A stretch of 63,660 bases of DNA, filler included, from Octopus bimaculoides (taxonomy: Eukaryota): the NCBI RefSeq assembly GCF_001194135.2. It is 5 parts of 5 records of this genome, joined end to end, with 100 filler letters (N's around TTAATTAATTAA, not from the genome) between each part and the next. Parts side by side here need not be neighbours in the genome. Positions count along the whole stretch, not along the records: positions 43,693 to 60,051 come from NC_069007.1; positions 60,152 to 62,442 come from NC_069005.1; 3 more parts are not named here. One strand, 5' to 3'. Below, piece after piece: positions 48,121-62,366 of this stretch. Under the pieces are notes generated by a model that ran no database searches, was not told where the DNA came from, and saw nothing but the letters and a program-made list of their open reading frames with translations. The translations under genes and the position numbers were made by a program. Numbering within the stretch: the first letter of the stretch is position 1; every line of letters starts with the position of its first letter.

Positions 48121-48861
48121 ATTCTAATCTCCATTCTTAACGTCAAAATGATTCGGCCGTTTTACCACCGAAGCCTTCTTCAAACACCTACAAAAGTCAA
48201 ATCTCGTGGAGTGAATTCGGGATTCAAATTCTGGAAAGTAATTGAACACGACAGATATTGGAGAAGATCGGCGGGTGCAAAGTTCGAAATGTTGTAATGC
48301 TAGCATGTAAAAACAAAAATGCAATACACGATCAGAACACCGGGGAGTAACTGTCCCTGAGGACAGCAAAACAATTTAAAACCAGCGTCTGCTGGTCTAG
48401 CGATATTCTGAGTGGGCTCCTTGAGAGAAATTTTTCTGAAACAAATTATTACAGCTAGCGCCGTTATACGCTTGGTGTATATATTTCATGTATGTCATAC
48501 ACACGTTTATTTATAAAGATAGATCAGAGAGTCGGCGAGTAAATGGAAACGTTTAACGCAATCAAATAAGAATCTTTATAACTGCTTGCTCTAAGTGGCA
48601 GGTCACGTGCGTCAAAAAGCCGTAAAAACAAATCTGTTCTAATTATCGTAAATCCATTTCTTTTCAAAGCGTACAAAATGTAGGATTTATACTCCGTAAG
48701 GTTTCGTATCTTATCGTAGCAAAATTGAAGAGCATTTGTTCAAAGAATTCTCAACGGACAAATTGATAGATACAATGCAAAGAAACAGCTTGAAGATAAT
48801 AAAGGAGATTTATTCGGTTAAAGAACTGGAAAGAAGATTAATTAGAAATCTGAAGAATAGA

Positions 48862-48934
48862 ATGGAAAATTCACTTCCGTTGCTGCTTTTATTGAAATTA
48901 CCATTCTTTCTGTTGTATTCTTCAATTGTTGGAG
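48862..48934 (+). CDS. Candidate signal-peptide exon (MENSLPLLLLLKLPFFLLYSSIVG) of an unidentified secreted or membrane protein
   Basis: agaATGG start context, hydrophobic core, phase-1 donor GGAG|GTACGT. Possible acceptor at 48718-48719; frame is also open from an upstream ATG near 48775. No downstream exon identified. Confidence 0.45.
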
Positions 48935-49704
48935 GTACGTATACTCATGAGAGTAACAGTCGATGAGGGAAATGGAAATTGCTTTCACTGCAGTCTTATT
49001 AAATGGCTGCAGTTGGTTCTGAAAGTAGGTTTATATGTATAAATAGCAGGATTTCATTCCCATGCGTACGCCATTCTTTTATTTAAGATAAGTATTGGAA
49101 TTTGTTCTTGGATCAGGTGAAGATGTTTTCGATGGAACTGAGTTGAATCTTTGAACTGGCATCAATTTTCTCGTTCTGATATTCTCTTTTATTTGTTTAA
49201 GAGATTGAACTATGGCCATGCTGGAGCACCGTTTTAGAGAGATTAGTCGAACAAAAGAGTAAAAATCGTTAGAGCGTTGGACAAAATGTCTAGCTATATT
49301 TCTGCCGACATTTTACATTCTGTGTTCAAATCCTACTGAAGCCAACTTTCCCTTTTATCCTTTCAGTATGGATAAATTAAGGTATTAGTCAAATACTGGG
49401 GTCGATATAATCCACTTGCACCCTTCCTTCAAAAACTGCTGCACTTTTTACGAACATTTGAAACAAATATTATTATTAATAAGGCGGCTTTAGGGCGGTG
49501 ACCTGGCAGAATCGTTAGAATGCCGGGGGCAAAAGGTTTAGCGGCATTTCGTCTGTCTTTACATTCTGCGTTCAAATTCCACTGGGATCGACTTTGCTTT
49601 CCATCCTTTCGGAATAGATAAAATAAGCACCAGTTGAGCATCGAACCCCAGTGCTCAACTGGTACTTATTTTATCGACCCGAAGGAATGAAAGGTAGACG
49701 TTAT

Positions 49705-50015
49705 CATGTACATGTTTTGTTTTGGTATAAAAGATGGGCTATAGCAAATATTCTGCTCAATACGACAGATTTGCTCGTCAGTTGCTTGACCCTAAACAGT
49801 TGAGCATGTCCCTTAGTGGCTGACGATATGTGCATCTCTGATCACGAGCAGAAGTAGTTGGGGAGCATCATAGCCATATGTTGAGAGGAATTCTTTGGGG
49901 TTTGGATAATTCACCTCTGGGAACATTATCCTTAAACAACCCTTACTCAGGGACCTTATGAGAAGGATGGGCTCCTCAACCTGAAGAAAATTCTAACCTG
50001 GCCCCCACCTGCAAG
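49705..50015. mobile_element. Probable interspersed repeat inserted within a SINE cluster
   Basis: Sharp compositional block flanked on both sides by family-A SINE pieces. No second copy in the window, family unknown. Confidence 0.4.
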
Positions 50016-50439
50016 GCCAGCAAGTTTTGGAGAGGGACTAAATCAATTATATCGACCAGTGTTCAATTGGTGCTTATTTTATCGATATTGAAATGATGAA
50101 AGTCGACATCGGCGGAATTTGAACACAGATCGTAAAAATTAACGAAATGCCGCCAAGCATTTTGTCCGGCATGCAAACAAATTATAGAAACCATTTATAT
50201 GATATATATATATACAATGCGCCATGCAAACTATACTGTTCTACTGTCCGTATTGGTCTTCTTATTGTTCTTCAAGAATTCATAGTCGCCACTCCGCTTA
50301 ATTCCTATTTCTAATCGAAATGAAGTTATGTGTAAAACTCTATCAAGTTGCGACTGCCGTTTTTGCTGGTGCTATTCGTGTTGTACTTATTCTTGTTATT
50401 GTCTTTGTTTGTGTAATGTTAGTAGTATTAGTAATTGTA

Positions 50440-50465
50440 GCAACAGCAGCAGAGGTAGCGGTGGC

Positions 50466-50524
<59 letters not shown>

Positions 50525-50568
50525 CAGCAGCAGCAGCAGAGGTAGCGGTGGCGGTAGTAGAGGAAGTG

Positions 50569-50648
<80 letters not shown>

Positions 50649-51365
50649 TTAGTAGTAGTAGTAGCAGTTGTTGACAAATTATTTATTTGAAATCCTTTGT
50701 ATGTGTTGTTGATGATGATGATGACGAGGAGGAAGAGGAGGATGATACTGATAGCGATCATTATGATGATGGTATTGATGATGATGATGATGACGACGAC
50801 AATGATGTTGATGCTGATGATGACTGTGATGATGATGATGATGATGAGAATGACGACGACGACACGATGATGTGGTGGAGGAGGAGGAGGAGGAGGAGGA
50901 GGAGGAGGACGAGGAGGGGGAGGAGGAGGAGGACGAGGAGGAGGACGAGGAGAAGGACGAGGAGGAGGACGAGGAGAAGGACGAGGAGGAGGACGAGGAG
51001 GAGGACGAGGAGGAGGACGAGGAGGGTGATGATGATAATGAGGAGGAGGATGACGACGACGATAATGATGATGAAAGTGATGATGATAATGATGACGATG
51101 ACGCGATGACAACAACGGCGACAACGACGACAGCGGCAGCGAGGAAACCATGTTTTTCTGACGATATCAAATATTGTTTTCTGACGCTCTTATTTCCGGT
51201 GGCAAATGTCGATGGTGGTTCGGTTATAGATGGATGCTCGTTTCCAAATGCAATGGTTATTGGCGGCGGCGGTGGTGGCTGCTGGTGCTGCTGCTGCTGC
51301 TGTTGTTGTTGGTTTTGTTTATATTGTTTTTGTTGTTGTTGTTGTTGTTGCCGTCGTCTTTGTTG
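50440..51365. repeat. Compound trinucleotide array (GTA, GCA, GAT, GAG, GAC, GTT) including a 12-bp GAGGAGGACGAG higher-order unit
   Basis: Direct reading of the sequence. Confidence 0.95.
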
Positions 51366-51575
51366 TGGCTGTAATGGGAACTGGAATTTAAAAAAAAAAT
51401 CGATATTTGCTAAGATCGATTAGAATAGAAGAAATGTGAATAGTCAGAATAAACTCTTGATGTACAAACGCACACACACACATACACACAGAAACAAACA
51501 AACACACACACATATGTATATGTATATCTAGGTATGTTGTACATATATATCTATATATCTATATCTATCTATCCT

Positions 51576-51641
<66 letters not shown>

Positions 51642-52578
51642 GAGTATGCGTATTTATGTATGCATATATGTGTGCGTGTGCGTGCGAGCGCGTGCGTGGA
51701 GTGTGATTGTCTCCCACCAGCGCTTGACAACCGGTGTTGGTGTGTTTCTGTGTTTACGTGCCCGCAACTTAGTGGTCCGGTAAAAGAAACTCATAGAATA
51801 AGTATCAGGCTCCACACAAAAAAAAAAAAAAAAAATTATGTTCTAGGGTCGATAACGTCGACTAAAATTCTTCGAGGCGGTGCCACAGCATGGCCGCTGT
51901 CTAATAACTGAAGCAAGTAAAAAAATATATATATATAATATGTGTATGTGTGTGTCTGTTTTTATATTTAATCATAATAAAAGCAATCTTATTATGACTA
52001 GCTAGCTTTATTTGCATTGATTTTACGAATATACAATTGTATATAGCTGAGCATATACATTTATACAAACATGTACGCATAATTTCTCCCATGCTGAAAT
52101 TATAACTACGTGAAGTCAGTCTCGAAACGGGCGTAATCCTATAGAGGTCACGTGGCTAAATATATATATATATATATATATANNNNNNNNNNNNNNNNNN
52201 NNNNNNNNNNNNNNNNNNNNNNNNNNNNNNNNNNNNNNNNNNNNNNNNNNNNNNNNNNNNNNNNNNNNNNNNNNNNNNNNNNNNNNNNNNNNNNNNNNNN
52301 NNNNNNNNNNNNNNNNNNNNNNNNNNNNNNNNNNNNNNNNNNNNNNNNNNNNNNNNNNNNNNNNNNNNNNNNNNNNNNNNNNNNNNNNNNNNNNNNNNNN
52401 NNNNNNNNNNNNNNNNNNNNNNNNNNNNNNNNNNNNNNNNNNNNNNNNNNNNNNNNNNNNNNNNNNNNNNNNNNNNNNNNNNNNNNNNNNNNNNNNNNNN
52501 NNNNNNNNNNNNNNNNNNNNNNNNNNNNNNNNNNNNNNNNNNNNNNNNNNNNNNNNNNNNNNNNNNNNNNNNNNNNNN

Positions 52579-52619
<41 letters not shown>

Positions 52620-53345
52620 GTACACACACATAAATATATAGATATATATATATACACATACACACATAAATACTTAGTACGTACATGCATGCATACATGC
52701 GCACACACAGATATATGCATGCATGTATACTTGTATGTTTCCCTTTACTCTTTTCTTCCATAGTTTTCGATAAGTTTTGGAAAAAGCATATCAACAAATA
52801 GTTACTAGAACATCCTTTAGGATTTCTGAAGGCATAGATGTGTTGATTATATCATAAATTGAACTGATTTGCCGTCAACCCTATATACTCCTTGGAAACC
52901 GAGTCATTAAATATATGTTTTCGTACAACAAACTACCAAATCGATAAACAAACTATTTAAGTGACAATTTATAAGGTTAAAACCATTGCACAAACGGAAA
53001 AAGATTAAATGTTGATAAAAGCTTCAGATTTTAAATATTTATATTTGGTATTCCAGTATCAGATTTATGCGCAGAATTGGAACGAATTTTATCAGTATTC
53101 CTATTATAAATCTATTACTTTCCGGAAACATATTTAGGTGAATGAAATGTTTAGCAGTAGTTTTACACATGTTGCAACCGAACGGTTAACCTAAAAAAAT
53201 TGTTAACCTAAAAAAATTGTTCTCATTTTCGTTGCTACTGACGTTGTTGTTGTTTTTGATTTCGTTTATTTTACATTGAAACTTATTAGTAGCTAATTTA
53301 TTCATCCATTCATGTCTTGTCGTCTTCCCTATTCCTTCTCTCTTC

Positions 53346-53427
<82 letters not shown>

Positions 53428-53669
53428 NNNNNNNNNNNNNNNNNNNNNNNNNNNNNNNNNNNNNNNNNNNNNNNNNNNNNNNNNNNNNNNNNNNNNNNNN
53501 NNNNNNNNNNNNNNNNNNNNNNNNNNNNNNNNNNNNNNNNNNNNNNNNNNNNNNNNNNNNNNNNNNNNNNNNNNNNNNNNNNNNNNNNNNNNNNNNNNNN
53601 NNNNNNNNNNNNNNNNNNNNNNNNNNNNNNNNNNNNNNNNNNNNNNNNNNNNNNNNNNNNNNNNNAGCT

Positions 53670-53844
53670 GCCACCGCCGCACCGTCGTACCACCACCGCA
53701 ATTGCGCCACCGCCGCTGCCGCCGCTGGTTCCAATGCTGCTGCCGCCTCCACTGCTGCCGCCACCACCGTCGTGCCACCGCCAATATTGTGCTGCCACCC
53801 CCATTCATTGAGCCACCACCGCAGCCACAACCGTCGCCGCTGCA

Positions 53845-53896
<52 letters not shown>

Positions 53897-53963
53897 CAGC
53901 TTCATTTCCCCTTCATCTCTTATTCCTTTCCCCCTTACTCCAACTTTTTTCTGTTCTTCACCC

Positions 53964-54023
<60 letters not shown>

Positions 54024-54057
54024 AATTAGTAGTAAGGTAGTAGTAGTAGTAGTAGTC

Positions 54058-54117
<60 letters not shown>

Positions 54118-54120
54118 ATG
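53670..54120. repeat. Compound trinucleotide array (CCG/CTG, CTA, TTA, GTA)
   Basis: Direct reading. Similar arrays at about 35760-36020, 39545-39680 and 56265-56405. Confidence 0.95.
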
Positions 54121-54427
54121 TTATTCATGCTGTTATTAATCATGGTCATTGCAGTTCCCTGTCATAGAAATGATATCCCATTGTTGAAGAATGCTCTTTA
54201 AAATGGATAAAAAGATCAGAATCGAAGAATATAAGAATGGCTTGATGAGTGATTTCATTTCAAGATGTCTGTGAACCTAATTTTCTTGGAATTACGAAAA
54301 AGCCAATTCCGATTTATTCTCTGGAATAGAAAATCTTTGAAATCTGACACGTGTATGTACACCTATGCATATACATATTAACACACACACACACACACAC
54401 ACACAAACATGTGCATATATATACATT

Positions 54428-54488
<61 letters not shown>

Positions 54489-54929
54489 GTATATGTATGT
54501 ATATGTATGTACATATATATATAGACATACACACACACACAAATATATATATATACATACACACCCACATACATACACGCACACATTCATAAATACATAC
54601 ATCATACACAGACATGCATAGATACGTACACAATACATACATCAAAACTTGTTTCCCCTCCTAAATGGATGGAGTTTGATTAATTTGTATTGAACATCGT
54701 ATGGAGTGCATCCAGTAGTTAAGATTTAGTGCCTGGTCACATGACTAATGTCCTATTATCTTCACCAAATTACTTGCACTAGAATTCAAATAACCTCATA
54801 GGTTTTCTCAGTGAAATATACAAAATTCTCCCTGCAGACAAGAATAGTGAAGAATCAAGTATCGTAGTTATGTGAGGTTCCGTGTTCGATCTCACATCAT
54901 TTAGTTATATCGGATCTGTAATACCTATG

Positions 54930-55035
54930 CAATGGAAGGAGTTGAAAACTTTTGGAAAGGGATCTGGAGCGATGAGAAACCATACACCGAAAATGTAGAC
55001 TGGATCAAACGCACCCAAAAATCTACAAAAAAAAT
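54930..55035 (+). mobile_element. Short R4/Dong-like retrotransposon ORF remnant
   Basis: VENFWKGIWSDEKPYTENVDWIK resembles the FWxxIW...NxxAxWI motif upstream of RT in RLE-type LINEs. Confidence 0.45.
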
Positions 55036-55493
55036 CTGTGCTTGGGAAACAAGCTTCCTACCACACAGCCACGCCTGCGCCTGTATATATATATATATAT
55101 ATATATATCGCTTGACAACCGATGCTGGTGTGTTTACGTCCCCGTAACTTAGCGGTTCGGCAAAACAGTCAGATAGACTAAGTACTAGGCTTACAAAGAA
55201 TAAGTCCTGGGATCAGTTTGTTCGACCAAAGGCGGTGCTCCAGAATGGCCGCAGTCAAATGACTGAAACAAGTAAAAGAATAAAAGAATATAATGGGATA
55301 ATCACTCAAAAAGTGTCATCCAAGAGTCGCGCCCTTTGATTTCTTCTTTTCTTTACTAGAGATATTTGTGAATTCCCGCGAATTTTCGTGTTTTACCCAA
55401 AATGGAAACGAACACCAGTACTCCATGTGATCGGCTCGAAAATTGTTAAGATAGTAAGATATTTTTCTTAACATGAAACCAATGGTAGCTTTA

Positions 55494-55528
<35 letters not shown>

Positions 55529-56030
55529 NNNNNNNNNNNNNNNNNNNNNNNNNNNNNNNNNNNNNNNNNNNNNNNNNNNNNNNNNNNNNNNNNNNNNNNN
55601 NNNNNNNNNNNNNNNNNNNNNNNNNNNNNNNNNNNNNNNNNNNNNNNNNNNNNNNNNNNNNNNNNNNNNNNNNNNNNNNNNNNNNNNNNNNNNNNNNNNN
55701 NNNNNNNNNNNNNNNNNNNNNNNNNNNNNNNNNNNNNNNNNNNNNNNNNNNNNNNNNNNNNNNNNNNNNNNNNNNNNNNNNNNNNNNNNNNNNNNNNNNN
55801 NNNNNNNNNNNNNNNNNNNNNNNNNNNNNNNNNNNNNNNNNNNNNNNNNNNNNNNNNNNNNNNNNNNNNNNNNNNNNNNNNNNNNNNNNNNNNNNNNNNN
55901 NNNNNNNNNNNNNNNNNNNNNNNNNNNNNNNNNNNNNNNNNNNNNNNNNNNNNNNNNNNNNNNNNNNNNNNNNNNNNNNNNNNNNNNNNNNNNNNNNNNN
56001 NNNNNNNNNNNNNNNNNNNNNNNNNNNNNN

Positions 56031-56075
<45 letters not shown>

Positions 56076-56333
56076 GTGTTTGTGGTCATGCCAGTGTGTC
56101 TCTGTCCGTATATGGCCTGTTCACTAATATATTACATTCGTGATCTTAACTCATCAGTCACTGCCTCCAAGACATTTGGAATCTCCGAGATCAATGGAAT
56201 TACCATTCTTTGATTTACAATGTCTGTTGTATCTCACAAGATTCATAACATTTGTCCAAGTAGCAGAAGCAGCAGCAGTAGTAGTAGCAATAGCAGCAGG
56301 TGCTGCAGTACCAGAGAGTAGCAGTAGTAATAC

Positions 56334-56367
<34 letters not shown>

Positions 56368-57164
56368 TGTAGTAGTAGTAGTAGTAGTAGTAGTAGTTGT
56401 TGTTGTCGTTGGGGGCAGGGGCAGGAGCGGTGTTGGTGCAGTTTTCGTTCTGATCATTGTTTAACCCCCAGGTTATGCACTGACCGAGCAGACACGTGAC
56501 ATTTGATACTGGCGATCCAGCCATGACAATCTCGCCTTTTGATTTGGTGCATTCCAACGTCCAACGCGTCTTTTACTTGCCCCCCCCCCCCCGAGCACGT
56601 GCATGATTTGAGGAAGATTTGGTTGTTATTTCTTGAAAGGCAAGTGACTATGTAGAGACTCCCTTGTTGGCTTGTAGTAAGCTATGGTACTTCTTTAACC
56701 CCAGGTCACCCCTAATGGAGTAGACCAATTACTAAGATATATAATTCTCTCTCCCTCCCCTCTCTCTCTTATGTGTGTGAACGTTTTGCTTGTTTGTATG
56801 AATGAACGTCTCTATCTTCCTCTTTCTGTCTTTCTCTCTCTCCCACTTTCTCTCTTTCTCACACTCTCTCTCTCTCACTCTGTCTCTCTGTCTGTCTCTC
56901 TCTATCTCTCTCCCCCTCTTCCTGTGTTTATGTATGTGAGCCTCTAGTTATAGTTGTATATATGAGTAATGTTTCACTCTCTCCCTCTTACTCTCTCCTC
57001 TTCTCTTTCTCACCTTTCCTCTCTCTCTCTCTCTCTCTCTTACGATATCTTTCTGCTTATGTATGTGAACATCTAGATTTTATATGCAATGTCTCTTACT
57101 CTCTTCCTCTGTTTCTCCCTCCCTCTCCATCTCTCTCCTCTCAATCTGCATGTACTCTCTTTTA

Positions 57165-57565
57165 CTCTCTTTTACTTGTTTCAGTCATTTGACTGCGGCC
57201 ATGCTGGAGCACCGCCTTTAGTCGAGAAAATCGATCCCAGGACTTATTCTTTGGAAGCCTAGTACTTATTCTATCAGTCTCTTTTTGCCGAACCACTAAG
57301 TTACGGGGACGTAAACACACCAGCATCGGTTGTCAAGCGATGTTGGGGGGACAAACACAGACACACAAACACATACACACACATATATACACATATATAC
57401 ATATATACGACGGGCTTCTTTCAGTTTCCGTCTACCAAATCCACTCACAAGGCTTTGGTCGGCCCTGGGCTATAGTAGAAGGCACTTGCCCAATGTGCCA
57501 AGCAGTGAGACTGAACCCGGAGCATTGTGGTTGGGAACCAAACTTCTTACCACACAGCCACGCCT
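57165..57565 (-). mobile_element. Composite tRNA-derived SINE (head, internal microsatellite, conserved tail)
   Basis: Same architecture at about 10985-11415(+) and 17465-17870(+). Head-only pieces at about 9478-9630, 10745-10890, 29275-29420, 58590-58710; tail-only pieces at about 45195-45400, 51715-51925, 55108-55290. Confidence 0.88.
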
Positions 57566-57578
57566 TTTCACATATAAG

Positions 57579-57626
<48 letters not shown>

Positions 57627-58151
57627 TATATGAATATATATGTTCATACATACATATATGTATACTTCTATATGTATACACATACATACACACACACAAA
57701 TACATATACGCGCGCGTGCATCCACACATATTAAGAAGTGTACAGTTAAATTCAACACGTTTTTGCTTCGTTACGCTTCGTCAACTCCAGACACCGAATC
57801 ATTCGCTCATAACCCACAAAGAACTCCCATTCTGCTAGTACAGTTCCAAATACAAAATTCGTTGTTGTGCAAAACGGTAGCCTAGCTGGAATTGATTGAT
57901 TAGAGATACCGTGAACTGTGGTGATTTAAATAACATATGACATAGATGCCACGCGCTGAGACTGAAACCAGGACTGCATTGATGAGAGGTAAAATTATAT
58001 GAACCATTTGGCAATATTAATGTGGTGTGCCTATGTATATATGTATATATTTATACAAACACACGCTCGCGCACACACGCTCGCGCACACACGCACACAT
58101 ACATATATAAATTGTTTATTAGGATATATATATATTTAACATATGTGTGTG

Positions 58152-58215
<64 letters not shown>

Positions 58216-58484
58216 GTCTAAATGAAGATATTTAGACCTCTCATAAGGATATTTTAATCTAAGTTGTTGTTGGCTCTCCGTCGCTTACGACGTCGAGGGG
58301 TCCAGTTGATCCGATCAACGGAACAGCCTGCTCGTGAAATTATATATAAATATAAATATATNNNNNNNNNNNNNNNNNNNNNNNNNNNNNNNNNNNNNNN
58401 NNNNNNNNNNNNNNNNNNNNNNNNNNNNNNNNNNNNNNNNNNNNNNNATATAAGGAGAGAGAAAAAGAGAGACAGACAACAGAC

Positions 58485-58545
<61 letters not shown>

Positions 58546-59486
58546 TGCATGCATATATATAAGTAAATGTGTATGTTTATATGATGTTGGCAGGTCACAA
58601 GTCTTTGGTCGAATTGATGCTACAGAAAACACCAGTGCATGGAGCCACGCAGTAGGACTGAACCTGCAAGCAAGTGACCGGAAAGCAACTCTCTTACCAT
58701 ACAGACACAACCCGTGTCTATTATTGATAAAAATCGATGAAAAATAACAGTTTTGCATCGAATAGACACTACCTTTAAATCTCTTCATTATCAACTGTAT
58801 TAGCCTTTTGATAACTACCATTATTTTTTCTATTCATTCTGTTTCAACTTTGACCTGGCTGGTAACCATTCCATAATTCAAGGCGTGTAATAGACTCAAA
58901 TAATTCAAGAACATGAAATGGAATTATATAAAAGGCCTTTTAGACAAAAGTAATTTGTAATTAATATGTTGATAGACATTTAATTAGAAATCGGTTAAGT
59001 GCACGTTTAACATGATTATGTTGCGTGTACGTAAAAGGAATTTAATTAAATATTGATGCTCTGAACATGGTGTTTTGGATAATGGAACAGTATTATACGA
59101 TACCGAGCTGTACTAGATTTGTAGTCATTGTCATGGCGAGTAGAATGTAGTCGAATAAATTAAACATATATAGAGAAAACAATCTCTTTGTACCTCTTTA
59201 TCCTTTCGTGGTCAGTTACACATTTTTTTGTTCACAAAGAAAAAAAAAAATCAGAAAATGTATATTTATTTATATTTACATTCATTTATGTGTTATCGGT
59301 CCCGAAAGGATGGAATATGCTTAACCTTACCTCGAGATCCATGTCTCTCCTAAACAGCGCTACCACCCCACCTCCCATTCCCGGCCGACTAACATATGCA
59401 ACGATCTGATAGTGCGCGTGTGTAAGTAAATCCTGGTCTCACTGCCATGTTGGCAAGCTAAGAAGAGAGAGGAAAGGTTTACTTAC

Positions 59487-59631
59487 CTCCCGGTGTCTTG
59501 TGAAAGTCGGGTGGTTCAACTTCCATAATTGGTTAAAAGTCTCGATATGGGTTTCACATTCGGTATTCCCACGTCCCAAGGAAAGCTCTCTTGAATTCTT
59601 GTGGAGGAATCGAGTGACATTCGCAAATATT
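59487..59631 (-). CDS. Candidate internal exon of an unidentified gene (IFANVTRFLHKNSRELSLGRGNTECETHIETFNQLWKLNHPTFTRHRE)
   Basis: Consensus donor GAG|GTAAGT, cAG acceptor with a CTAAC branch-like motif just upstream, one frame open over 145 nt (phase 2-0), NVT sequon. Polypyrimidine tract is weak. Confidence 0.4.
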
Positions 59632-60020
59632 CTGGCGCGCGAAATGTGTTAGATTCAAAAATCACCCCCTCTGTTTCAATTTCAGTGCTTTGTGTTACAA
59701 GAGCCATCAATTTCTTGTTGGCCCTTCTGATAAGTACGAAGTTGAATATTTGTTTTTGGTGTTGTTTCATTTGTTTGCTTGACTGTATGATGATGCTTTT
59801 TCTTGGTGTTGTTTTGGTTGTGTTTGTGTTTGCTGTGAGTGTGGCATCTGTAGTTTCCGATGTTTGTGTAAATGTTCGTTCTTGTGTCTGCTTACGTTTA
59901 TATCACTTCGTCCATATTGCTTTTTCGCACTATATTTCTATACGAGATTCTTTCTGAAGACAAATACTGCAGTAATATGGCGTCCTTAAAGCATATCCAC
60001 GTTAAGTAGGATATAAATAT

Positions 60021-60039
<19 letters not shown>

Positions 60040-60051
<12 letters not shown>

Positions 60052-60151
60052 NNNNNNNNNNNNNNNNNNNNNNNNNNNNNNNNNNNNNNNNNNNNTTAAT
60101 TAATTAANNNNNNNNNNNNNNNNNNNNNNNNNNNNNNNNNNNNNNNNNNNN

Positions 60152-60215
<64 letters not shown>

Positions 60216-60712
60216 CACGAGAAAGAGAGAGAGAGTCTATTGTACCGAACAAGTACTATGTATCATTTCATATATCTTTCAATCTTGTAACCTTTACATC
60301 ATATCTCAGCTATTCAAGAAACAGCCATGTTGGTCGTCTGCTGTTAGGATTCGTGACCGCTGAAACAGAAAATTTAAGATATGTTAAAGCGTTATAAGTT
60401 ATGCTTGATTCAACGGTAGTCTGTAATATGCAAATCCTAGTAAAGGAACTGTTTGTATGCTATATATATATATACATACATACATACATAAATACAAAAA
60501 TAACTTGATGATGTTGAAATTCCAATGAAGTAGCCTTGGATCTAAGTTAGAAACCGGCCCTTTCTCTATTGGCAAGAAATCTTGAAATAAAACGGAATAA
60601 CAACATACATACATACATACACATGCACACACAAATACACCCACGTAAATATATATGCATAAATAGATAGATAAATAGATAGATAGATAGATAGATAGAT
60701 AGACAGATAGAC

Positions 60713-60758
<46 letters not shown>

Positions 60759-61249
60759 GTAATATACATGCGCATGCATTTACTGTCATGCGTTGCATGT
60801 GCTCGCGTGTAAAGGCAGTCACGTTGTCAGGGAGTGCATGTACAGGTCGGCTGTCATACGAATGCTTCAACGTGTGTGTGCGTATCTGTGTATGTATGTG
60901 GTTCTGTACTTATCTGAGTGCCATTGTGATTATACCTATATGCACACCGATATGTGTGTGTGTGTGCGCGCATGCGCGTGTGCATGATTGTGCTTGGCAT
61001 TTCAATGTTTGGTGTCAATTGCAACACTGGTCTATGCACCTGAAAGAAGTAAAAATTTCTGTTTTCTGCTGTCAAGTGCCAAAAACATAAACGTCAGATT
61101 TTAACTGCTTGACACGGCCGCCATTTATTTCTTTCAACCTGCAGGCTGAATATAGGCTTAACAATTGTACGTATGTGGATTCATTCACTATATACAGGCA
61201 CACATATATATATATATGAATACATACACACATATATACATACATGCAT

Positions 61250-61289
<40 letters not shown>

Positions 61290-61321
61290 TACATATATGT
61301 ATATATACGTATATATATATT

Positions 61322-61371
<50 letters not shown>

Positions 61372-61898
61372 CACACGTATACATATATAAATATATATNN
61401 NNNNNNNNNNNNNNNNNNNNNNNNNNNNNNNNNNNNNNNNNNNNNNNNNNNNNNNNNATATACGTTTTTATGTTGTATCTCTTACTATCTATGTATACAT
61501 GTATATATATATAGATGTATATCGTCACATATACATACTTACATTCATATATATTAATGGATTGAAAATATACGCATGCACATAGATATGTGTATACATA
61601 AATGCATACATACACGCACACACAGACACATGTACACACACACATACACACACACTCACACAAACACTCACACTCACATGCACGGACAGAAAGTCAGAAA
61701 TGCTGCTGACAACGCGGAAGCACTCGGATATGGCATTCACGTGTGCTGTGAAGATGTAGCAATCTCCATATCTACACACACACATATATATATTGTATCT
61801 GACTCCCTTTGCGTCCTTTATGTTGAAAACATATACGCCAAAACTCTATATTCCATGTGGAATTGTTCATGTTCAACCTACAACCACAACATTGCGTT

Positions 61899-61938
<40 letters not shown>

Positions 61939-61986
61939 ACACATACGCACACACTCATACACACACACACACGTACACATGCAAAT

Positions 61987-62017
<31 letters not shown>

Positions 62018-62330
62018 CGCCAAACATACAGATGCACGTATCTCTGTTTAAATTGTCGACAAATTTACGTTATTTGTACATGCACCCAGAATCGCTTATG
62101 GCTAACACACACAGAAGTGTGTGTGTGTGTGCATGTGCGTGTGTGTGTCGAGTCACATATAAAGATATATGCTTATACGTTTGTATATACATATGTATGT
62201 GTATACAAGTGTGCACATGTATGTATAGGAACAAAATCTTTTACTTCTGCGTGTTCGCCCGCGTGTGTGTCGAGTTACCTATAAAAAAAATATATATATA
62301 TATGTATTCATATACATACATACATACATA

Positions 62331-62366
<36 letters not shown>

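Noticed and set aside
50687-51423. Acidic poly-E/D, poly-R and poly-P ORFs
   Set aside because: All frames are translations of a compound trinucleotide array with no splice signals or unique domain.
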